Assembly: GCA_964351645.1 (NCBI GenBank)
Contig: CAYGOP010000001.1
Location: forward strand, 1 to 38,469
DNA: 38,469 nucleotides
Reading direction: 5' to 3'
DNA from: an uncultured Candidatus Saccharibacteria bacterium
GTDB taxonomy: Bacteria; Patescibacteriota; Minisyncoccia; Phycocordibacterales; UBA918
The notes under the pieces were generated by a model, which saw only the letters and a list, made by a program, of their open reading frames with translations, was not told the origin of the DNA and did not search any database. The stretch's first letter is position 1, and each line of letters starts with the position of its first letter. The translations under genes and the position numbers were made by a program. This document shows positions 31,965 to 38,469 of this stretch, one piece after another.

Positions 31965-32639
31965 GTCAGTATAGATGTGTGCGTTGATGTGCTGTTTGAT
32001 TAGCTCAGCTGGTCGCTCATGTATGGACTTGTCTTCACTTATCAGCATATATAAGATGTCGAGCTTACTTGGCCCAGCTACGTATACGAACAATTCAGAT
32101 ACATTCGCAAGTATCCAACCTGGGGTCAAGCTAGCTCTAAAATTGAGTTCTAAGCTGTCTAAGCTAACCGAGACGTATGTTTGGTCATCTGGATAGGTAT
32201 CAAGGAATGCTTCTCGTTCCATGGGAAAGATTCCGGCTGTGTGACCATCGCCACCAATACCAAGTATGGAAATAATTTTTAGATTTTTACTTTCTAAAAT
32301 ATATTTTTCAATTTCTGTTTGAATGCGTTTACTGAACTCTGGTGCGCGTTCGTCAGTATGAATTGAGGTATCAATTATTCGGTCCAAAATCCTAAAACCC
32401 TCATAGCGAGTCTTGAGTTGTAAATAGTTGTTTTCAGAAGGTGCCCCACTCACCCGTTCATCCCCCATGATAAATATTGTGCGACATTCGGATTTATAGA
32501 GTGGTTGAATATATTCCACTACATCTAACGCTGAGCCACCGGAGAGTATGCAAAGGATGTCACCTGTATGTTGATTGATTATTTCTGTCACTCTTTCCCC
32601 TAACGCTTGGGCTGGATTTTGAATAGTGTGAATTTCCAT
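31944..32639 (-). CDS. pgl: 6-phosphogluconolactonase
   Basis: LSGGSALDV and GIGGDGHTAGIFP motifs of the Pgl/NagB family. ATG 32639 lies 1 nt after the gnd stop. Confidence 0.8.
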   Translation of the reverse strand: MEIHTIQNPAQALGERVTEIINQHTGDILCILSGGSALDVVEYIQPLYKSECRTIFIMGDERVSGAPSENNYLQLKTRYEGFRILDRIIDTSIHTDERAPEFSKRIQTEIEKYILESKNLKIISILGIGGDGHTAGIFPMEREAFLDTYPDDQTYVSVSLDSLELNFRASLTPGWILANVSELFVYVAGPSKLDILYMLISEDKSIHERPAELIKQHINAHIYTDQTIKAP

Positions 32640-32640
32640 G

Positions 32641-33540
32641 TTATTTTTCGATTGTCTTGTGTCCCCCAAATACATTTCTCATGGCGGAGATGAATGTGCC
32701 TGTTCTACTCGGGTTCTCCCGAGTGTCTTTGCGTTGTAGTAGTGCAGCCTGTAAGACAGGTGTTTGGTTTTGTGCGATGATATATTCCATTTCCATTTCG
32801 GTCTCGCCTCTTGGTACTTGTCCGGCAATCGTATTTAAGAATTCTGTATCTCTGTATGCCTCAGCCATCCAGCTCATGAGACTACTGCTAATGATGCTTC
32901 CGTGCTCATATGGCTTCAGGGCTTCTTTGGGTTTTAGGTTTAGCTCAGCTTGGTGCTGTTCAATAAAACTCATTCCTTCAGCAATAGCTCCCATCATCCC
33001 GTACTCTATGCCGTTGTGAACCATTTTTACAAAGTGGCCTGCACCACTATCGCCGACATGGCCATACCCCTCTGGTGCAGCTAAGGCGATAAAAATATCT
33101 TCAACATTTTTTACTGCTTCTTTTTCACCTCCAACCATCAGCGAGGCTCCATGTCGTGCGCCACTGACACCACCTGAAGTTCCGCAGTCAATGTAGTGAA
33201 TATCTTTCACTGCAGCATCTTGCGCTCGTCTTTTGGTGTCTTCGAAGAATGTATTCCCTCCATCAATGATAATGTCATCGGCCTGTAAGTGTTCATGGAT
33301 ATCCTTCAGTGCACTGTCTACAAATTTTGCGGGCACCATCAGCCAGACTGCTTTTCGATTTTTCATGGCGGAAATCGCACCTTCTATTGAGGTGTAAGTG
33401 TGTACACCATTTTTCTCGGCCTCTTCTCTCGCTGAGTCATTCACATCAAAACCGTGCACGGTGTATCCCTGCTCAACAAGTCGTGCGGTCATTGCCGCTC
33501 CCATTCTTCCTAATCCAATGAATACAAGCTCTTTTTCCAT
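32641..33540 (-). CDS. gnd: 6-phosphogluconate dehydrogenase, decarboxylating (short ~300 aa form)
   Basis: FIGLGRMGAAMTARL Rossmann motif, GGNTFF and HFVKMVHNGIEYG. Confidence 0.85.
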   Translation of the reverse strand: MEKELVFIGLGRMGAAMTARLVEQGYTVHGFDVNDSAREEAEKNGVHTYTSIEGAISAMKNRKAVWLMVPAKFVDSALKDIHEHLQADDIIIDGGNTFFEDTKRRAQDAAVKDIHYIDCGTSGGVSGARHGASLMVGGEKEAVKNVEDIFIALAAPEGYGHVGDSGAGHFVKMVHNGIEYGMMGAIAEGMSFIEQHQAELNLKPKEALKPYEHGSIISSSLMSWMAEAYRDTEFLNTIAGQVPRGETEMEMEYIIAQNQTPVLQAALLQRKDTRENPSRTGTFISAMRNVFGGHKTIEK

Positions 33541-33557
33541 ATTGTGTAGTTATTGAT

Positions 33558-34961
33558 TTATAAAACAGTTTGCTCTGGTCCATCGCTACCCTTTGCGTAG
33601 GTGTGTAACGGTAGTGATTGCCAATGTTCTAAGATAGGTGTGATGTACTCCCAGGCTGCTAGTACTTCTTCGGTTCGAGTGAATAGGGTTTGGTCGCCAA
33701 TAATAGAGTCGTACAGGACCTTTTCGTAGGAATTCTTGATTTCAGTTGAACCTTTATCACACGTAAAAGATAAGGTTCGGCTTTCCAGCTGGTATCCTAG
33801 GCCTGGGGATTTTGCATTCAGCGTAATGGCAATAGTTTGTTCTGGAGAGATTGTGAGAGTAATTTTGTTTCCAACACTCAGACAGCTTTTTGTTTCAAAT
33901 AGACCAGTCGCAACATCTCTGAGAGTAATTGTGATTGATACTTCAGCTGTGCTTAAGGCCTTGCCAGATTGAATATAAAAAGGTACCCCTTTCCACTCTT
34001 CAAGTTCTAGTTCTGCCTTTAGTTCAAAATAAGTTTCCGTCTCTGAGTCTTGAGGTATATTTTCATCTGCTTTATATCCATCGTACTGTGCCCGAAGTGC
34101 GGAGTCGGCAATGGTGTCTTTTGTAACTGGTGTAAGCGCTCGTAATACCTCAGCACGATTTGAGCGAATTTCCTCCACTGAAAAATGTTTTGGTTCGCGC
34201 ATTGCCACCAATGCGAGTAGTTGTAGTAAGTGGTTTTGTCCGACGTCTCGCAGAGCTCCAACTCCTTCATAAAAACCGGCTCTACCGCCAACATCAATGT
34301 GCTCAGTCATCTTAATCTGTACGGACTCAATGGAATCTTTATTCCACGGAGCCAGAGTAAGCGTATTAGCAAACCGAAAAGAGAGAATATTTTGTACCGC
34401 CTCTTTTGCTAAGTAGTGGTCAATTCTGAAAATCTGGTCTTCTCGGTAGAGTGAGGCTAATAGCGTATCAAGTTCTTTTGCTGTTTCTAAATTATGTCCA
34501 AATGGTTTTTCGACTAAAATGTGTGTCCAGGCAGGTTCGTGTTCACTGGCAGCGCCTGTGCCTTGAAGGTCAGTAAATATTTGTTTATAAAATTTAGGTG
34601 GAACTGCTAGATAAAATAATCGATTACTCCTGGTTCCCTCCTGCGTATCAAATGCCTCAATAGATTGTATGAGCCTGTCGTAGCTGGTGGGATCATCAAA
34701 TGCTCCCTGTACGTAGGATAGGTGAGTACAAAATTCTTCAATTTGCTCTGCTGAATGAGTGTGGTTTGGGTGATGTTCAGCAATTGATTTTTTTACAAAT
34801 TCTCCATACTCTTCTCTCCCCCACTGTGACCGAGCAAGTCCAGTTATGTGAAAGGTTTTTGGCAACATCCCTCTGGCAAATAAATCCAAGAGAGCTGGAA
34901 GAAGTTTTCGTCGGCTTAAGTCCCCTGTCCCGCCAAGGATGATGATTTGAGTTGGTGACAT
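33558..34961 (-). CDS. zwf: glucose-6-phosphate 1-dehydrogenase
   Basis: ILGGTGDLSRRKLLPAL, the RIDHYLAKE active-site motif and EKPFG. Confidence 0.92.
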   Translation of the reverse strand: MSPTQIIILGGTGDLSRRKLLPALLDLFARGMLPKTFHITGLARSQWGREEYGEFVKKSIAEHHPNHTHSAEQIEEFCTHLSYVQGAFDDPTSYDRLIQSIEAFDTQEGTRSNRLFYLAVPPKFYKQIFTDLQGTGAASEHEPAWTHILVEKPFGHNLETAKELDTLLASLYREDQIFRIDHYLAKEAVQNILSFRFANTLTLAPWNKDSIESVQIKMTEHIDVGGRAGFYEGVGALRDVGQNHLLQLLALVAMREPKHFSVEEIRSNRAEVLRALTPVTKDTIADSALRAQYDGYKADENIPQDSETETYFELKAELELEEWKGVPFYIQSGKALSTAEVSITITLRDVATGLFETKSCLSVGNKITLTISPEQTIAITLNAKSPGLGYQLESRTLSFTCDKGSTEIKNSYEKVLYDSIIGDQTLFTRTEEVLAAWEYITPILEHWQSLPLHTYAKGSDGPEQTVL

Positions 34962-34962
34962 A

Positions 34963-35559
34963 TTATACGTCTTTGGTTTTAGAAGAATGTTTCTTACGCA
35001 AGTTCTCTATACGCTGCAAAATTGCTGTATTAGAAAACGGCCAATCGCGCTTGTAGAAATCATAAAATTCAATAAATAAAGGTATGCCTTGTTCTTCTTC
35101 ATACTGTAAAGCGAGTTCAAGAGCTTGATACTTATCAAGCTCTTTTGCTAATCGTGCAATCTCATCAGTTTTACTTTCGTATCTCGCAAACAAATGCTCA
35201 ACAGTTTCTTTAAAAGGTTTGTCTTTCAAAAGTTCTTTTAAGGCGATATCCTCACGTTCTGCTTTTAGTTTCTTTCGCTCTTGATATGAATCAGCATTTT
35301 CATTTGGAATATACTCGTCTCCAACTAAAGCCTCAGCCCAGTCGTGGATTTCCAAGATATGTTTTAGGTCGTCTGTTTCTGTTTCAGTTAATCCGATTTC
35401 TTTTGCTACTATATCCGCCAGCCGTACTAATGAGACGGTATGTTCGTAGACTGTCTCAGGATTTTTTACATCACGAATTACCCAGCCAGTTCGAGGGAGA
35501 TTTTTTAAAGAATTATAAATACCAACGGCAGTCGCTTCGTATCGTAAAGGAGTATTCAT
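34963..35559 (-). CDS. HD-domain phosphohydrolase (YfbR-like 5'-deoxynucleotidase family); alternative starts at 35565 and 35574
   Basis: VYEHTVSLV...ILEIHDWAEALVGD gives the H...HD...D pattern. ATG 35559 lies 6 nt after TATACT. The stop is 1 nt from the zwf start, so the genes are probably co-transcribed. Confidence 0.75.
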   Translation of the reverse strand: MNTPLRYEATAVGIYNSLKNLPRTGWVIRDVKNPETVYEHTVSLVRLADIVAKEIGLTETETDDLKHILEIHDWAEALVGDEYIPNENADSYQERKKLKAEREDIALKELLKDKPFKETVEHLFARYESKTDEIARLAKELDKYQALELALQYEEEQGIPLFIEFYDFYKRDWPFSNTAILQRIENLRKKHSSKTKDV

Positions 35560-35565
35560 GTACAT

Positions 35566-35571
35566 AGTATA
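35566..35571 (-). promoter_or_regulatory. -10 hexamer TATACT 6 nt upstream of ATG 35559 (HD-zwf-gnd-pgl operon); predicted leaderless
   Basis: Minus strand reads ggtgTATACTatgtacATGaat. An alternative TAGAAT lies 6 nt upstream of GTG 35574. Confidence 0.45.
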
Positions 35572-35595
35572 CACCGTAGAATTCTAGCCCAGAAA

Positions 35596-35612
35596 CCCGC
35601 TTTGTAAGCGGG
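35596..35612 (-). terminator. weak stem-loop terminator after the gltX-M23 operon
   Basis: 6-bp stem cccgct/agcggg with loop ttgta. On the minus strand it is followed by TTTCT. Confidence 0.4.
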
Positions 35613-35678
35613 CTTCCATTCGGGTAAGTTCCTACGATGTCTCCATCGCACTTACATAATAACATCTAATTCACAGGC

Positions 35679-35709
35679 TTATCCACTGGAAATACCGTAG
35701 TTATCCACA
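35679..35709 (+). promoter_or_regulatory. two DnaA-box sequences in direct orientation, 22 bp apart
   Basis: TTATCCACT (35679-35687) and a perfect TTATCCACA (35701-35709) in the intergenic region between the M23 peptidase stop and its terminator. Confidence 0.45.
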
Positions 35710-35716
35710 GTTATTG

Positions 35717-37024
35717 TTAGTACGGAGGTAAATAGAGCATTGGGTCAATGTAAGCATCTACTGCTGCAACTGGGGTGGTGGCTGGTCCACAACTGGTGAC
35801 AGTCTTGATTTCGTTAAAGCGACGGACGTTTACCCCGTCTTTGGCATATACCGTAAAGTGCAGGTGGGGTCCGGTTGAGAAGCCAGTGTTCCCCACGTAG
35901 CCAATAACTTGACCGGTGGTTACTTTTTGCCCGGCTGTAACAGAAATAACATCTTGATGAGCGTACAGGGTGGTGAGTCCATTGGCGTGGTCAATCAGTG
36001 TCCACTTACCCCATGAAGAACAACCAGGTACAGCGTCAGTGTTTCCTGTTGCGCGTACAGTTCCTGTGAGTGGTGCCATAATAGGTGTTCCTCTTGGTGC
36101 GCCCATATCTACTCCTGGGTGATACGCTCGTCCGCCGTAGGCAGCTGCATTTCGAGCAGCAAATTCAGTCCCACCAAATAATTGAGTGATGACAACATTT
36201 GCCAATGGCCAGCTAAATACTGCGGTACCCGGACTTGGAACAGTGGTTGGGTCAAGAATAAACTGTAGTTTTGATTCAAAATCTCGGAGTTCTTTGAGAA
36301 GCAAGTCTTGAGCGGCTTTTTGGGTGGCAAGTAATTGCTGATAATTTTGCTCCTCACTTTTAGTGACTTCGAGCAGTTCAGCTTGTTCTGCTTTATTGCT
36401 TACCAGTACTTGGTTTTGATCAGAATATTGGTTTTTAAGAGTACTCAACTGAGTTCTCTTTGATTCACTTTCACTTCTTTTTTCTTCCAATAAAGACTGG
36501 AAGCTGTCGAGCTCGGCAATTTTGGCTGACATGGTCTCTCTAATGTTTTCATTGGCTTCAAATTCGCTCCAGAATTCTGACAACCTATCATGTCGAAGCA
36601 ATAGTTCGATAAGTGTGTTCTCACCAGCGATATACTCGGCTCGGATAATGCTTGCTACGGCTGATTCAGTTTTTTCAATATCTTTCTGAGCTCGAGATAT
36701 TTCGAGAATGAGTTTGTTTATTTCAAGGTCAGTGGAAGTAATTAGATTTTCAGTTTTAGAAATTTCCGCATTTACTTTTTTGCGTTCCAGTTCAAGTTGA
36801 TTGATGGCAGACTGAAGCGTTTTCTTTTCCGCCCCAACCACTCTTAATTCAGATTCAAATTTTGCAATCTCTGCTTCGATTTCGCCTAGTCGTGAACTAC
36901 GGTCCTGAATTTCGTTTCGTAGTTTATCAATTTCAGATTCAGCAAAAACACTTGGGGTAAACCAAAATGTTTGTGGGAGCAAAGCTCCCAACAGAAAGGC
37001 TACGAACAGTTTTTTTCGTATCAC
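35717..37024 (-). CDS. M23 family peptidoglycan metalloendopeptidase with signal peptide and long N-terminal coiled-coil (EnvC-like)
   Basis: HPGVDMGAPRGTPIMAP...GNTGFSTGPHLHFTVY. The GTG start overlaps the gltX stop (GTGA). Confidence 0.88.
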   Translation of the reverse strand: MIRKKLFVAFLLGALLPQTFWFTPSVFAESEIDKLRNEIQDRSSRLGEIEAEIAKFESELRVVGAEKKTLQSAINQLELERKKVNAEISKTENLITSTDLEINKLILEISRAQKDIEKTESAVASIIRAEYIAGENTLIELLLRHDRLSEFWSEFEANENIRETMSAKIAELDSFQSLLEEKRSESESKRTQLSTLKNQYSDQNQVLVSNKAEQAELLEVTKSEEQNYQQLLATQKAAQDLLLKELRDFESKLQFILDPTTVPSPGTAVFSWPLANVVITQLFGGTEFAARNAAAYGGRAYHPGVDMGAPRGTPIMAPLTGTVRATGNTDAVPGCSSWGKWTLIDHANGLTTLYAHQDVISVTAGQKVTTGQVIGYVGNTGFSTGPHLHFTVYAKDGVNVRRFNEIKTVTSCGPATTPVAAVDAYIDPMLYLPPY

Positions 37025-38469
37025 CCGTTTATTTTATCACAAGCTGTTTTAATTCGGGAGAGGGTTTCCTCTTTACCGAGCACATGTGCCAAAGTGAATG
37101 GGTCTGGAGACTGCGCCTTTCCCGAAAGACATGTCCGTAGCGGCCAAAGCAGTTCCCCTTTTCCTACTTCTTCAGCATAGGTCCAGAGCGCAGCTTTAAT
37201 GTCCTCCATGGTTGCAAAACTGGCTGCTGTGAGCAATTCATGAGCTTTTTGCAGTCTGGGTACTGCTAGCGTTGTAGAGTCATCATTCTTCCATTTTAGG
37301 AGTTCAGTGTCGTATTCAGTGGTTGCAAAAGCCCAGTCGTACTCCCCTGCCTCTGCAGCTTCTTTAATTTCCACTTTGTTGTGAATTCTCTCGAGCGCCA
37401 CTGGAGCGAGTTTTTCTGCCCGGGTAGTTGAATATTGAGACAAATTTTTACTTTCTTTTGGTAGTGCTTGTATAAAGTACTCAGCCACAAACTCTGGAGA
37501 TTGTAACTTTAAGTACTCTTTATTCATCCACTTGAGCTTATCTTCATTAAAAGCACCGCCTGAGCGTTGAATTTTTTCGATTGAGAAAGCGGAGACGAGT
37601 TCTGAATGTTCCGCATCACTCCGGTAGAGTTCTTGCTCTCCACCTGGGTTCCAGCCAACGAGAGCCAGGAAGTTTCTCATTGCTTCCGGTAAGTACCCAT
37701 CATCGCGATATTCTAGTAAGTCTTTTGCACCATCACGTTTACTCAATTTCTTTTTCCCGTCTGGTCCCATGATTGGAGGCAGGGTCACGAGCTTTGGGTA
37801 CGGAATTTCCAATGCATCGTACAGACTTAAGAATCGAGGCGTACTGGAGATAAACTCTTCTCCGCGCATGACATGTGTGACACCCATTTCCAAGTCATCA
37901 ATAATGTGAGCAAAGTTGTAAGTAGGATACCCATCAGCTTTAATGAGTACAAAATCTTCAAGCATCTCCTCTCCGGCAGTAAGCTCCCCACGCACTTCGT
38001 CGTGCCAAGTATAGCGTTTGATTTCAGGAGTTTTGAAGCGCAGTGCTTGTGTCCCATCCCAAGTTCCAAATTCTGTTGGACGATGGTTCCGGTATAAGAA
38101 AGGACGTTTTTCGGCATCTGCTTGTGCACGAAAAGTATTGAGTTCTTCTTGGGTGTACGGGTCAGGATATGCCAGTCCTTTTTCAATCAGTTTCTCTGCA
38201 TATTTTTTATAGATATCGAGCCGGTCTGACTGCAGGCATGAACCAAACACGCCCGGCTTATCTGGACCAAAATCCCAATCTATACCAAGCCACGCCAGAG
38301 AGTCTTGAATGTGTTGAATTGAGCCAGCTATCTCGCGGTTTTTGTCAGTGTCTTCAATCCGGAGAATAAACGTGCCAGAATGTTTTTTTGCGAACAGGTA
38401 GGCGTACAGGGCTGTGCGGACTCCGCCAATATGCAAAAATCCGGTTTGTGACGGTGCTAAGCGAGTGAC
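37021..38469 (-). CDS. gltX: glutamate--tRNA ligase, 5' end beyond the window
   Basis: The reading frame stays open upstream of the track start at 38436 to the window edge (VTRLAPSQTGFLHIGGVRTALY = the APSPTG.LHIGG HIGH region). KLSKRDG is the KMSKS motif. Confidence 0.93.
   Translation of the reverse strand, partial: VTRLAPSQTGFLHIGGVRTALYAYLFAKKHSGTFILRIEDTDKNREIAGSIQHIQDSLAWLGIDWDFGPDKPGVFGSCLQSDRLDIYKKYAEKLIEKGLAYPDPYTQEELNTFRAQADAEKRPFLYRNHRPTEFGTWDGTQALRFKTPEIKRYTWHDEVRGELTAGEEMLEDFVLIKADGYPTYNFAHIIDDLEMGVTHVMRGEEFISSTPRFLSLYDALEIPYPKLVTLPPIMGPDGKKKLSKRDGAKDLLEYRDDGYLPEAMRNFLALVGWNPGGEQELYRSDAEHSELVSAFSIEKIQRSGGAFNEDKLKWMNKEYLKLQSPEFVAEYFIQALPKESKNLSQYSTTRAEKLAPVALERIHNKVEIKEAAEAGEYDWAFATTEYDTELLKWKNDDSTTLAVPRLQKAHELLTAASFATMEDIKAALWTYAEEVGKGELLWPLRTCLSGKAQSPDPFTLAHVLGKEETLSRIKTACDKING

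Noticed and set aside
35575-35716. Chromosomal replication origin (oriC)
   Set aside because: There are only two DnaA boxes, no clear 13-mer-type AT-rich repeat unwinding element and no dnaA or dnaN nearby. It is reported only as a DnaA-box pair.

Overview
This is a gene-dense chromosomal segment with about 48 protein-coding genes. I could not support any rRNA, tRNA, CRISPR array, transposase or integrase. It uses the standard genetic code: TGA acts as a stop at 12839 and 37021, each with the next gene starting immediately. The compact operons, 1-4 nt gene junctions or overlaps, and many membrane-anchored hypothetical proteins suggest a small-genome bacterium, possibly Patescibacteria/CPR-like. 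That taxonomic guess is inference only.

The core content is housekeeping. It includes dnaB, recR, rmuC, a PIF1/RecD-like helicase, cysS, gltX (5' end cut by the window edge), truB, rplU, rplI and rpmA. It also includes murI, an M23 peptidase, an S41 C-terminal protease, an SLT-like lysozyme and a cyclophilin. A sugar-phosphate node is present: a ROK kinase and pgi on the + strand, and an HD-zwf-gnd-pgl operon on the - strand. An envelope methionine-sulfoxide repair pair is also present (MsrAB plus a glutaredoxin-like/CcdA-like membrane fusion).

Stem-loop terminators, many usable in both directions, sit at nearly every convergent gene junction.

The most interesting signals are:
1. Two contrasting promoter architectures. 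Many core genes have an extended -10 element (TGnTAnnnT) only 6-8 nt from the ATG with no Shine-Dalgarno (SD) sequence, which implies leaderless mRNAs. A scattered set of G+C-richer orphan genes uses TTGACT -35 boxes plus 20-45 nt SD-containing leaders.
2. Two adjacent orphan genes at the left edge share a near-identical promoter-leader, with the 10-mer GTCCACGTTC at the same offset from the -10.
3. A four-gene cluster of small orphan ORFs (10234-11685) lies next to a nucleoside 2-deoxyribosyltransferase-like protein paired with an active-site-variant metallophosphoesterase (12257-13421).
4. A consensus promoter drives a ~145 nt leader, and an in-frame TAA-terminated 23-codon uORF lies ahead of the SLT-like gene.
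5. Two DnaA-box sequences lie in one intergenic region.

No function could be assigned to the orphan genes from sequence alone.
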